This document shows, in pieces, positions 20,601 to 28,451 of a stretch of DNA of 64,000 nt. Below the pieces are notes generated by a model. The model saw only the letters and a list, made by a program, of their open reading frames with translations. It was not told the origin of the DNA and did not search any database. Position 1 is the stretch's first letter, and each line of letters begins with the position of its first letter. Where the stretch lies: the IMG/VR virus record IMGVR_UViG_3300046171_000138. One strand, 5' to 3'. This DNA is from a virus. A program made the position numbers and the translations under genes.

Positions 20601-21587
20601 ATTGGTACATTCTCTGGTGCAGCAGAATCTATTACTGTCAATCCTCTGGAGAGACAACTTCTATTCTCTGCAACTGGTATTGCAACCTTACGTTCTACTC
20701 GTGCTTACGTTGGAACTGGTTCCCTCTTTGCACTCAACGGTGCAGCAGAATCCAGAGCAGTCGCACCACCAGCAGAGGGTCTATACGAGATCAATGGCGA
20801 AGCAAACATTGTCATCACCCTCTCTCATGTTGGCGAAGGCAACCTATTCAGTTTCGTTACAAGCGAAGAGAAAGTTGCATACGACTATACTGGAGAACAA
20901 GTTCTCTTCACTGTTTCTGGAGAGGCAGTCGAAAGAATTGCCAATGCAGAAACTTTCTTTGGTTCTATCTTCTCGTTCTCTGGAGCAGCAGAAAGAGTTG
21001 CTTATGTACCAAGTCTGCTTGCAGATGTCAACATTGCTGGTCGTGCAGCAACTCCAAGATCCAGAGTATTTACTGGATCTGGAGATCTATATGCATTCGA
21101 CAGTGCAGCAGAATCCAGAACAATTACTTACGAGAACGTCGCAATCTTCGACTTCCTCGGTCAAGTCAAACCTGCTATCACCAAGGCATATGTTGGCGAA
21201 ACAGAAATCAAAACTTCTGGCGCAGCAAAGATTGCATTCGTCAGAGCACCTTACCCTGGTCTGGCAGAAGTTCAACTCTCTGGTATCGCAGACGAGAGAA
21301 CAACTGCCAACCCACCAGAAGAAGGCACAGAAATTACAACCGATGGCGAAGCGAAAGTTCTTCGTTCTTTCGGATACGAAGGATCAGGTCAAATCAAAGT
21401 CAATGTCGATACCATCATCGGCATTTCTCTACGTATCTTTGGTACTGGATCCATCAATGTCAGAGTACATTCCAGATACTTCCCGCTACTCCAGCACAGA
21501 GCAGACGTTCATATCCTTATCGCTGGCAGCGCAGCAACTGTCAAGATTGATGTTGCGCCAGCTCGTACATACGGATGGATTATTTAA
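14628..21587 (+). CDS. Giant repetitive fibre/structural protein (2319 aa)
   Basis: Uninterrupted ORF built from GSGxLF / SGAAE / DYG repeats in a late structural context. Confidence 0.8.
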   Translation: MVFSYAGTGRMPQFVAYEALGVISYSYTASVLNEFIKLDFGSIGLAYWVIADHANKVIQDYKDDQIINLTEDGGVVSQFDYGSILEVEAVAQDDWGLITDTSNIETMGRTHFHSLTTWSVIKTWIGSGTVFEFGGSRYRLDAPYIVSGTLRVDGNANTHYVPAIATEGLLPLRSDTKIAYAPNWNVFGTLFSGSFAGEAVTKVFPEDPDYTIKQGSLTTLTAADLSSGYGAVYDGSRYTSSSGAGTSPTNGFAVGPHVRFGTAFDPGSSSSTSRKVEYDLDLTGIEEITFRLVMGSGTNGGETPENNEHLWMRYLDTGLSNADASRKLLDHTETTYTTPGDKTVTVPVEARRPNQTIRIYQLSWTGTYEFDHYGFISLSYGSEVVVGGDGDQRNNLFNVGGDAGISFRPNWVGSGVLFNFSTTTFSQTYDYVGEGTLFGISSTEEKVVWDYNNSSIDYFTYENFGSVAEAPINSITIQSIANETIESRANERIIDLIVPGSSVGAFLDFGTILTDGVQTPSTVGLDWGEILTNQTDYPFGLFPINGTAKQVFTPNFIGSGVLFSFGEGIGRTKPRWIAYVQIGISGVAKTNFSLLHKGSGNLFSFNNGEDRRAYVYSGSGALYAFSGASESVGADYPDSTALLPIAGAAGVAFAPNWITEGTVKTEGTAVERQTDHYQGSGTLFNFETADEAVAYHYSSTSNAIFNYRNYGSVADTPINSITIQSIANDTIESRKDERIIDLIVAGSSVGQFLDSGFILLGGEDAPETVREDYGSIMESISRYAMGDFLFEGEADLARTRTHIGTGNLFAFVEGRGRTKPRWIANVLIEVSGKGDTPRARSFVGEGVLFNLNNAEDRRAYAYSGSGALYAISGASESVGADYPDSTALLPITGAARVSFTPNWISEGVATLTGASVERQTDHYQGSGTLFNFETADEAVAYHYSSTSNDIFEYRNYGSVADTPIESITIQSIANETIESRKDDRIIDLVESGSTSGSYLNYGFILLDGEDAPETIREDYGSIMESISRYAMGDFLVQGEAATVRTRTHIGSGDIKINVATIVSVPPKWTSDIFVDVTGEVVDSVTKTFTGSGDLFNFVSADERRAFGYQSTGTLYAVNGAAEVFGANPPDITTNLQVSGSAAVAFVPNWNGSGDVSIFGQLVERAAVNPPARGNLFGFSNADDRRTYSYNQSSTDLYVDVDYGFVASPVIDSWVIANHASKVIEDYKDDKLFDLVESGGGDFIDYGFIETANLAGLPGANNLPDATEDYGTIIDPQYERSIYPMGHLFKFSGLSGGVKVVINLRHIAVLTKPTLKFSGEASIRLPNVHSGSGVLFSTGGAAESATFSEIKDGLFEFVGFAATSYTPNFNGGGTIRLDGRASSAVAFAGFQENTIVLRGIAGQKYLPSYAGSGFISTLSGAAEAVTASPDDLFGLFDFVGTAAEKATAAYVGSGSLFALSGAVEAVTAAEEKRNLIKVSGNAAERFIPNFNGSGSLSVLIGAAESRTASPDPFFTLFDFTGRGSVRATIAESGFALLSVSGTTEPEILTFAEQPFGTATIFGQGGERFVPSYVGFGRIAALSGAAESLTVNPLERQLLFSMGGVAGERFAAAPQVKGTEIKLQGEIATPLRTFAEQPFGVVPVSGIADERFVDVYGGFGTLFSGGFTSESITFKIPPVREGDILFRGSAVEAIGFNPPDITTHIILSGEGVVPLRTFAEQPTVRIATRGTAVERQTDAYLGTGAIFSNGFTSESVTKRLPEFTAHLNVTGLAEEKATFREIFFGSLFKFRGSAGRALLTFAEQPQTLSKISGVAATTRARDFIGDGNIATLSGAAEAATFNPLEKDLLFDVTGIAAERRTNTFVGTGQIKIYPEAADIRFTPNWNVEGVIPVSGTAVERVARDEVVRVLIGTFSGAAEAVTFNPLEKDALFSFTGRATIASAVSEVKRVELAVFAEPVKVHVVAVPPPGEGTATISGVGVERSARDYIGQIHIGTFSGAAESITVNPLERQLLFSATGIATLRSTRAYVGTGSLFALNGAAESRAVAPPAEGLYEINGEANIVITLSHVGEGNLFSFVTSEEKVAYDYTGEQVLFTVSGEAVERIANAETFFGSIFSFSGAAERVAYVPSLLADVNIAGRAATPRSRVFTGSGDLYAFDSAAESRTITYENVAIFDFLGQVKPAITKAYVGETEIKTSGAAKIAFVRAPYPGLAEVQLSGIADERTTANPPEEGTEITTDGEAKVLRSFGYEGSGQIKVNVDTIIGISLRIFGTGSINVRVHSRYFPLLQHRADVHILIAGSAATVKIDVAPARTYGWII
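16038..18251 (+). repeat. Three tandem 738-nt (246-aa) in-frame repeat units
   Basis: P(I)xSITIQSIAN starts at 16038, 16776 and 17514; the W codon of the PRW/PKW motif is at 16353, 17091 and 17829. Long stretches of units 2 and 3 are nearly identical at DNA level. Confidence 0.9.
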
Positions 21588-21590
21588 TGA

Positions 21591-21598
21591 TATAAATA
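21591..21598 (+). promoter_or_regulatory. T4 late promoter (TATAAATA)
   Basis: Perfect consensus, intergenic, upstream of 21624. Confidence 0.75.
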
Positions 21599-21623
21599 AC
21601 CTCGGTATCCTAAATTAATTTTA

Positions 21624-22082
21624 ATGACTACCCAGGTACAATTTAGGCGTGGTACTACTGCCGAACATGCTCATTTTGCGGGAGCGCAAGGTGAGTTAAC
21701 AATTGATACTGATAAAAATATGGCGGTTGTCCATGATGGGACAACTAATGGTGGATTTGATGTTTTTCGTGCAAGGTGGGAGTATTTAAACACAAGTGTT
21801 ACACTCGGAACAAGTCTTCGATATCTCGTAGACACATCAGGAGGACCACTAACTCTAACCTTGCCTCTATATAACAATCAATTGGTTCCTAAATCAGGGG
21901 ACACGTTGGAGTTCATTGATATTAATTTTTCATGGGATACAAATAATGTAACAATCGTCGATCCAATTGGCAGACAATTCCAAAATACATTTGGAGTTGT
22001 TTCCAGTCCTTTAGTATTTGACTTGAAAGGAGCGAGAGTGCAACTAATTTGGGACGGTAACTACTGGAGAGTAATTGTATGA
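21624..22082 (+). CDS. Fibre adaptor-like protein: Mtd-type N-terminal domain plus T4 gp34-like repeat
   Basis: TTQVQFRRGTTAEHAHFAGAQGELTIDTDKNMAVVHDG resembles the Bordetella phage Mtd N-terminus. LVDTSGGPLTLTLP...GDTLEFID...NNVTI resembles gp34 proximal repeats. Confidence 0.7.
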   Translation: MTTQVQFRRGTTAEHAHFAGAQGELTIDTDKNMAVVHDGTTNGGFDVFRARWEYLNTSVTLGTSLRYLVDTSGGPLTLTLPLYNNQLVPKSGDTLEFIDINFSWDTNNVTIVDPIGRQFQNTFGVVSSPLVFDLKGARVQLIWDGNYWRVIV

Positions 22083-22471
22083 CAATGTTTATTAGCGACA
22101 GCTATCAACAACAAGGTGGTGGGGGAACATCTGTATCTTCCAATAATTACACCCTAGGCAACGACTTTAGTATCCATGCTTTACGTAGGGATGCTGATGG
22201 AATGCTACGTTACACTAAAATTAGAAGTATTGATGACGAGACAGGTGATTTCTTTCGTTTAGATGGAAGTTCCTATCTTGATATTGCAACTGGTGCGTAT
22301 GACTACGTAGAAGAAACTACAGAAGAGAAGTCATATTCAAATAATCCGCAAGATAAATACCAACAGTATAGATTTGATAGTCGTAAGATTAGCTATTTTG
22401 TTGATGATGACGGATACTTTGTAATTCGTTTCAATGAAAATTATGATTATTCCACCGAAGGACCCAAATAA
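22079..22471 (+). CDS. Hypothetical virion protein (130 aa)
   Basis: ATGA-coupled ORF; ALRRDADGMLRYTK...YQQYRFDSRKISYFVDDDGYFVIR. Confidence 0.7.
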   Translation: MTMFISDSYQQQGGGGTSVSSNNYTLGNDFSIHALRRDADGMLRYTKIRSIDDETGDFFRLDGSSYLDIATGAYDYVEETTEEKSYSNNPQDKYQQYRFDSRKISYFVDDDGYFVIRFNENYDYSTEGPK

Positions 22472-22486
22472 TAAGGCAGCATAAAC

Positions 22487-25400
22487 ATGGCAGATTTCAG
22501 ATTAGGCAGACTTAAGTTTAATTGGAGGGGCGACTGGACAGTCGCAACTGCATACGTTATCGATGATATCGTAAAGTTTGGCGCAAACACCTATGTTTGT
22601 GTTTCCAACCATACGTCGGTATCAAACGAAGCGCAGTGGTATTCGGGCGATGGCGCTAGATGGCAAGTCCATACCGAAGGCATTTACAATCGTGGAGATT
22701 GGGCAGATGCAACCTTCTACAAATTAAACGATATCGTAAAGTACGGTAACGATCAATACCGTGTAACCGTTGCCCACACCTCTAGCGGTACATTCGCTTC
22801 AGCAAATTTCATTTCTTATGTCAATGGACTTAAGTTTGAAGATTCCTGGGACACTAATACCGAGTATCAATCTGGTGACATTGTAACCTTTGGTGGTTAC
22901 TCTTATGTTGCCCTTTCTACTTCTACAGGTGCTGCACCAAACAACCTTGGCGCTAGTTGGGAAATTCTAACAACTGGTTTTAAAGTTGTAGGTACATGGA
23001 GCAATAGCACAGCATACAAACCTGGTGACGTTGTACTACTTGGTGGTAACTCATACGTTGCTAAAACAACTAATACCAACTCTACACCATCAGCTGCTTC
23101 TGCTGATTGGGACTTCGTTGTTGGTGGTTTCACCTGGAGAGGTGTTTGGAGTTCGACAGAAACATATCAGCCTGGTGATGCAATCTCCAGAGCGTCTAAC
23201 TCTTACATCTGTGTTGCCGAGTCTACTAACAATACCCCAGAGACAGACGTTAATGGAGACTATTGGAACTCCCTGACTCAAGGAGCTCAATCCAACGTCT
23301 TGACAGATGCTGGTGATGTTCTTTATATTTCGGGTTCTGGTGCTGCCAGACTACCTATTGGAGCCAGCGGTCAAGTTCTGACAGTTGATTCTAACGGTTA
23401 TCCTGCTTGGGAAAAAAGTAATGCAACCGATCCTGTTTACTATGTTACTGTCAATGGCAGTGATCTAAACAGTGGCGAGAATATTACCAAGTCATTTGGT
23501 TCACTACGTTACGCTCTAGATAACGTTACTGGTCCTGCAACTATTTACGTTAAGGCAGGTACGTATAACGAAACTCTACCAATGTTCGTTCCCGAGAATA
23601 TCTCGATCATTGGTGATAACATGAGAACTACTGTTATCAAACCAAACGTTGGTGCAAATTCTTCTACACAGAAACTGACACTAGCTACAGTTCCTGATGC
23701 TGCTTTAAGAGTTATTGGCGAAACATGCACCAACGGTGCTGGCGATAAGACTGCACAAATCATCGATGTTAAAGATGGTGGTGGTACTATTGATATCATG
23801 CCTATTACTGGTGGTGACTGGACAGTTTCAGATACTTTCGAGGCTGGCACTAATGATGTTGTAATCAATCAGGTTGCACCAATCCTTAATCAGAACTCAA
23901 CGTTGTTCTACCTGTCTAACAGATCCATGCTTAAGGATTTGGTTATGGACGGTATGGCAGGATTTGTTCCTTCAGCATCTGATCCAAAAGATCTTAACAC
24001 CGCAACGATTGAGGGTGTATTTGTAAGACTCAACCCTAACTCCCCAATTACCAAGTCTCCTTACGTTTCGCAGTGTTCTGCGTTCTCCCAGACTGGTGTT
24101 GGTGCTATCGTTGATGGTAGTGTTCATAACAAGTATGACGGAACTGGAACTCCTTCTAACAAGTCAATCGTTTTTGACTCCTGGACTAACATCCACGAGA
24201 ACGGTGGTGTAGGTTTCTGGATTACAAATAACGGCGCTGCTGAAATTGTATCCTGTTTCACATACTACTGTCACGTTTCTTACTGCTCCACTAGAGGTGG
24301 TAGAATCAGATCTCTTGCAGGTAACTCTTCCTGGGGTACTTATGCTATTGTATCTTCTGGTTTCAACGAAAATGAAACTACCCTCGACGGATTTGTCGAT
24401 GGTCTAGAACTGAACTATGATCTGACCACACTTTCTGCTGGTACATCTTTTGAGAAAGATGAGCAGATGGTCGGTGGTACGTCTGGTGCTGTTGGTGAAG
24501 TTACTAGCTTCCAACCTTCTGCAGATAAGATTCTATTCCGTCCTCTCAAGGGAACATTCGTTCAGAACGAAGTTGTTACTGGTCAAACATCAGGAGCAAC
24601 GGCAACTCTGGTCAACAACTCCGATGCACAGAAAGGACAAAACGGATTTACCTTTGTTCTTGGCGGCATGACTGCTGCTCCAGATCCAGGTGGTTCGATT
24701 GAATATGTAACTGGTCCTGGTGGTGCTGGTGCTGATCAATTCACATATGTTGTTGCAAACTCTTCTTATAACGCACCATCTGGTCGTGGCGAACTAACAG
24801 TAACTAGAGCACTTCTAGGTTCTGCTGCTGCAACTCATGACGGTTTGAGCACGATTACTAGATATCAAACTGGTACTGCAACATCTCTATCTGCACCTAT
24901 TAGTAGTGCAGCAGATGTAACTATTCAAGTTTCTTCTATTACTGGTATTAACACTGGTGGTTATATCATTATCGGAAACGAAATGATGGAAGTTGTTGCT
25001 TTCCCAACTGCAACATCAGTTACTGTTGTTAGAGGAGTAGAAGGAACTTCTGCTTCCACACATACATCTGGTATAACTGTTAGAGCACTTCAAATTAAGG
25101 TTCCTTCCCAAACTACAACTGCTAGAGACCTCACTGCTAGTGATACAATCATCTTGGTTGAGACTGCAACTGGTACTCTATCAGCTGATTACATCAAGAT
25201 TGATAATGAGTTTATGCAAGTTGCTACATCTGCAACAATTACAACTGGTACTGTTACCATTGTTCTTGCAGAAACAAAACCAACACCATCTTACGATCGT
25301 CAACTAACTAGAGTTAGATATCTTTATTCACAAGTTAGACTAACTGGTCATGACTTCCTAGATATCGGTACTGGTAATAAGACACAAACTAACTGGCCTG

Positions 25401-25756
25401 GTCTGCCACTTTCGGCACCTGCACCTGGCAACGAAGTTACTGAAGATTTCCCAGGTCGTGTATTCTACGTTTCAACTGACCAAGATGGTAACTTTACCGT
25501 TGGTCGTTACTTTAAGGTTAACCAGTCAACTGGTAGCACAACCTTGAATGCATCTTCCTTCGATCTTTCTGGTCTATCATCCTTGAGACTCGGTTCTATC
25601 GGTGCTCAAATTGGTGAATCAATTGATGAATTCTCCAGCGACGTTACACTGTCCGCTAATAGCAACGCTAAAGTTCCTACACAGAAGGCAGTTAAGACTT
25701 ACGTTGATACTAAAACGAAGACGAAAGGCTTCACTTTCTGGGCGGGAGCAATGTGA
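22487..25756 (+). CDS. Tail fibre/tailspike: N-terminal CBM5/12-like Trp repeats, beta-helix region, trimerising C-terminus (1089 aa)
   Basis: Repeats WxGxWxxxTxYxxxDxV; VYYVTVNGSDLNSGENITKSFGSLRYAL...IYVKAGTYNE; C-terminal GHDFLDIGTG and VPTQKAVKTYVD. Confidence 0.75.
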   Translation: MADFRLGRLKFNWRGDWTVATAYVIDDIVKFGANTYVCVSNHTSVSNEAQWYSGDGARWQVHTEGIYNRGDWADATFYKLNDIVKYGNDQYRVTVAHTSSGTFASANFISYVNGLKFEDSWDTNTEYQSGDIVTFGGYSYVALSTSTGAAPNNLGASWEILTTGFKVVGTWSNSTAYKPGDVVLLGGNSYVAKTTNTNSTPSAASADWDFVVGGFTWRGVWSSTETYQPGDAISRASNSYICVAESTNNTPETDVNGDYWNSLTQGAQSNVLTDAGDVLYISGSGAARLPIGASGQVLTVDSNGYPAWEKSNATDPVYYVTVNGSDLNSGENITKSFGSLRYALDNVTGPATIYVKAGTYNETLPMFVPENISIIGDNMRTTVIKPNVGANSSTQKLTLATVPDAALRVIGETCTNGAGDKTAQIIDVKDGGGTIDIMPITGGDWTVSDTFEAGTNDVVINQVAPILNQNSTLFYLSNRSMLKDLVMDGMAGFVPSASDPKDLNTATIEGVFVRLNPNSPITKSPYVSQCSAFSQTGVGAIVDGSVHNKYDGTGTPSNKSIVFDSWTNIHENGGVGFWITNNGAAEIVSCFTYYCHVSYCSTRGGRIRSLAGNSSWGTYAIVSSGFNENETTLDGFVDGLELNYDLTTLSAGTSFEKDEQMVGGTSGAVGEVTSFQPSADKILFRPLKGTFVQNEVVTGQTSGATATLVNNSDAQKGQNGFTFVLGGMTAAPDPGGSIEYVTGPGGAGADQFTYVVANSSYNAPSGRGELTVTRALLGSAAATHDGLSTITRYQTGTATSLSAPISSAADVTIQVSSITGINTGGYIIIGNEMMEVVAFPTATSVTVVRGVEGTSASTHTSGITVRALQIKVPSQTTTARDLTASDTIILVETATGTLSADYIKIDNEFMQVATSATITTGTVTIVLAETKPTPSYDRQLTRVRYLYSQVRLTGHDFLDIGTGNKTQTNWPGLPLSAPAPGNEVTEDFPGRVFYVSTDQDGNFTVGRYFKVNQSTGSTTLNASSFDLSGLSSLRLGSIGAQIGESIDEFSSDVTLSANSNAKVPTQKAVKTYVDTKTKTKGFTFWAGAM

Positions 25757-25765
25757 TCCCCACTT

Positions 25766-25773
25766 TATAAATA
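25766..25773 (+). promoter_or_regulatory. T4 late promoter (TATAAATA)
   Basis: Perfect consensus upstream of an AAGGAG SD and the ATG at 25819. Confidence 0.75.
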
Positions 25774-25818
25774 TTACAGATAAACTACGACATTCGGAAC
25801 ATTTAAGGAGTAATCAAC

Positions 25819-26139
25819 ATGGCTTCTGGCATCCTGGGGACACAAGCTTCCCTTTCAGCTAACACACTAACCACAGTTTACACAGTCCCTGCATCAACTG
25901 TTGCATACGTAAACTTCAACATCGTCAACACCAACGCTACAGCAGTTAGCGTTCGTGTTGCTATTTCTGCTACTGGAACTCCAACTGGTGCAGAATACAT
26001 TGAGTATAATGCAGAAATTGCAGGATACGGAATTCTGGAGAGAACTGGTATTGCGTTGCAATCAACCAAAAACCTCGTGGTACTTTCTGATACCGCGAAC
26101 GTCAGCGTCTCGGCGTATGGCGTAGAAGAAGAGGCTTGA
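25819..26139 (+). CDS. Small beta-sandwich structural protein (106 aa)
   Basis: TTVYTVPAS...NIVNTN...VRVAI...YIEYN...VSVSAYGVEE; homologous to two domains of the 36263 gene. Confidence 0.75.
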   Translation: MASGILGTQASLSANTLTTVYTVPASTVAYVNFNIVNTNATAVSVRVAISATGTPTGAEYIEYNAEIAGYGILERTGIALQSTKNLVVLSDTANVSVSAYGVEEEA

Positions 26140-26145
26140 TAAATA
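26138..26145 (+). promoter_or_regulatory. T4-type late promoter (GATAAATA)
   Basis: At a gene boundary, upstream of an AAGGAG SD and the ATG at 26168. Confidence 0.6.
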
Positions 26146-26167
26146 ATCCAAAGGAGTTATAAAAACA

Positions 26168-26494
26168 ATGGGACGCAACCTATCACAAGTTATCTCACAA
26201 AGATACACAGTAGCAATTACAGCAGATCACGATATTCTTTCAGGAGAAATTCTTCTGATTGATACTGTCGCTGGCACAGAACTTACACTCACTCTTCCTG
26301 CTAATCCATCTGCAGGTGATCGTGTCAATCTAATTGACGCCGCTGGTCAGTGTGGAACCACTAAAGCGGTTATTGCTAGAAACGGTAATAAAATTGCCAA
26401 CCTGGCAGAAGACCTAGATTTTGATATTAAGAATGCATCACTTGAACTAATCTACACTGGATCTTCTTACGGTTGGTCGATCCTTTCTAACTAA
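26168..26494 (+). CDS. Single gp34-like repeat fibre connector protein (108 aa)
   Basis: LLIDTVAGTELTLTLPANPSAGDRVNLIDAAG...IARNGNKI...DIKNASLELIYTGSSYGW. Confidence 0.7.
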   Translation: MGRNLSQVISQRYTVAITADHDILSGEILLIDTVAGTELTLTLPANPSAGDRVNLIDAAGQCGTTKAVIARNGNKIANLAEDLDFDIKNASLELIYTGSSYGWSILSN

Positions 26495-26517
26495 TACTAA
26501 TAGGGAGGTATTGACAG

Positions 26518-27459
26518 ATGTCTAGTTTAAGAGATCTACTGGATGTTGCCACAACAGATGGCATTCCAGTAGCAACGTATTACGGTCCACAAAACGCTCA
26601 CCAGATCTGGTGGCGTGGAGGACATTGCTGGTACTACGAGAGTAGTCACAATTACCATTGGGCAGAAAACCGCTGGTGTGTTCCATCATGCTGCGTCTGT
26701 AAAGTACAGTTTGAAGTTTGGGGCGGCGGCGGAGGCGGCGGCGGTTCATGCTGCTGTATGTCTGGTGTCAATGGTTATTCTGGTCAATACAATAAATTTA
26801 CTGTTTGTGCAGCTGCACAAGGTGTGAACCAATTGGATCAATGCTGCTACGTGATGTGTGCTGGTACTATTACTTGCAGACACCCAGGTAACGGCGGTTT
26901 TGATGGATGCAAATCATTTGTTGTCGGTCCTGGTCTTGATAACTTCTGCGCTTGCGGTGGTTGTCACGGTTATTCTTGCTGCTTCGGTGGCGGTTCCTCT
27001 AGATGGGGTTGTCGCTTCAGAATGAACTGGCAGACAGGTCAGCCACATTGCAGATGGCAGTGTGATAAGTCTGGTGGAGAATACAGCGAATCACGTACCA
27101 ATCGTGATGCTGCTTGCGAACTTGGTCGTGAGTATTGGGGTCAAGTTGGTTCTTACAACCAGATGGACTGCCAAGAGTGTGGTAACTGGTGTATGATGAA
27201 ACACTCCTCACCATTTGCTCCTTACCAAGATGGTAAGTTTGGTACATTCAACCACCAAAGACACCATTCAATGGCTACTTGTGGTAGAACTGAAACGCAG
27301 TGGATTACAGGTAATAATGGAGGCATCTCTGGAGATTGCCACAGAAGCGGTCCTCCTGGTCACGGTGGATTCTCCTCCGACACATTCGGTGGCGGTTGCT
27401 GCTGCTCTTCTGAAGGCGCTGCAGGTCTAGTTAAAGTCACATGGTATTGCAAGGTATAA
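26518..27459 (+). CDS. Cys-rich Gly-rich-domain protein, paralogue 1 (putative fibre-tip adhesin)
   Basis: FEVWGGGGGGGGSCCC, NFCACGG, GGGCCC...GAAGLVKVTW; about 32 Cys in 313 aa by hand count. Confidence 0.7.
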   Translation: MSSLRDLLDVATTDGIPVATYYGPQNAHQIWWRGGHCWYYESSHNYHWAENRWCVPSCCVCKVQFEVWGGGGGGGGSCCCMSGVNGYSGQYNKFTVCAAAQGVNQLDQCCYVMCAGTITCRHPGNGGFDGCKSFVVGPGLDNFCACGGCHGYSCCFGGGSSRWGCRFRMNWQTGQPHCRWQCDKSGGEYSESRTNRDAACELGREYWGQVGSYNQMDCQECGNWCMMKHSSPFAPYQDGKFGTFNHQRHHSMATCGRTETQWITGNNGGISGDCHRSGPPGHGGFSSDTFGGGCCCSSEGAAGLVKVTWYCKV

Positions 27460-27463
27460 ACTA

Positions 27464-28418
27464 ATGGCAAATTTACGAGGTCTCCTGGGAAAGGAATTCG
27501 ATTCTACTGTTCTAGAAACTGCTGGGCAATACGGTAGTTACGAAAAAATTAGAGATGGTAAGGTGTATAACTTCGCACCTTACTGTCAACTTAAGTTGCG
27601 ATAGTAGTTATCGTGGTTATTGCCAAGAGTATTGGTGTATGCCATGTGGTACTACACAAGCTACTTTCGAGATTTGGGGTGGTGGCGGATCTGGTGGTGG
27701 CGCTTGCTGTTGCCAACAGGGTATGCCTGGTGGATCTGGTTCTTATTCCAGAAAAACTATCACCAGTGCAGATGGTTATGGTGACATGGGTGGTTGGTGT
27801 TTCTCACTTAAGGTTGCAGAACCCACTTGCTGCTCACAGTGTTGTGTTGGTATTCAAGGTTGCAAAACATATATCTGTGGTAAGAACAGTTCTGCACAGA
27901 GTGCCATTGGTAGTAACTTCTGTGCAGACGGTGGACTACCTGGCAAGACTTGCTGTTATGCATACTGGGACACTCAATTCAGATGTCTAGATAGAGTTTA
28001 TTGGACAGGTTGTGGTGGATACGATCCTGCTACTGATGGTCCTAACGCCTATGGCGGTGATGAGAACATTAAGGGACATCCAGGATTCTTCCGAATCTAT
28101 AATACATCTAGCAACTGCTGGGCGAAGATGGGAATGGCTTACCCACCCCGTCTAATTGACAAAGAAGGTGGACACTTGATTTCCAGCGTTAGAGGAAATG
28201 CTTGTATCAATGATCGTACCTTCTGTCAAGGAACCACTCCATGGGCATTCAATGCTAATTGTAATCCTACTCTACCTGGTGTAGGTGGTCCTTCATCAAC
28301 ATCTTGTGGTGGTAGTTGCTGTTACGGTCATAGAGGATCTGGTGGATATATTAAGATTACATATTGCTCCTGCTGGATGGGTGTGAATCGTGACTGTGCA
28401 TACCACTTCTGTAACTAA
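27464..28418 (+). CDS. Cys-rich Gly-rich-domain protein, paralogue 2, split by a +1 frameshift near 27587-27593
   Basis: ATG 27464 gives MANLRGLLGK..., the same N-terminal motif as paralogues 1 and 3, but stops at TAG 27602-27604. The Cys-rich domain (FEIWGGGGSGGGACCC) continues in the +1 frame (track ORF 27555..28418). Confidence 0.7.
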
Positions 28419-28421
28419 TAT

Positions 28422-28428
28422 CTAAATA
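28422..28428 (+). promoter_or_regulatory. Cyanophage late-promoter variant (CTAAATA)
   Basis: Intergenic, upstream of 28452. The same variant precedes gp17, gp18 and gp3. Confidence 0.5.
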
Positions 28429-28451
28429 GCATATAACAAGGAAAAGTACCG

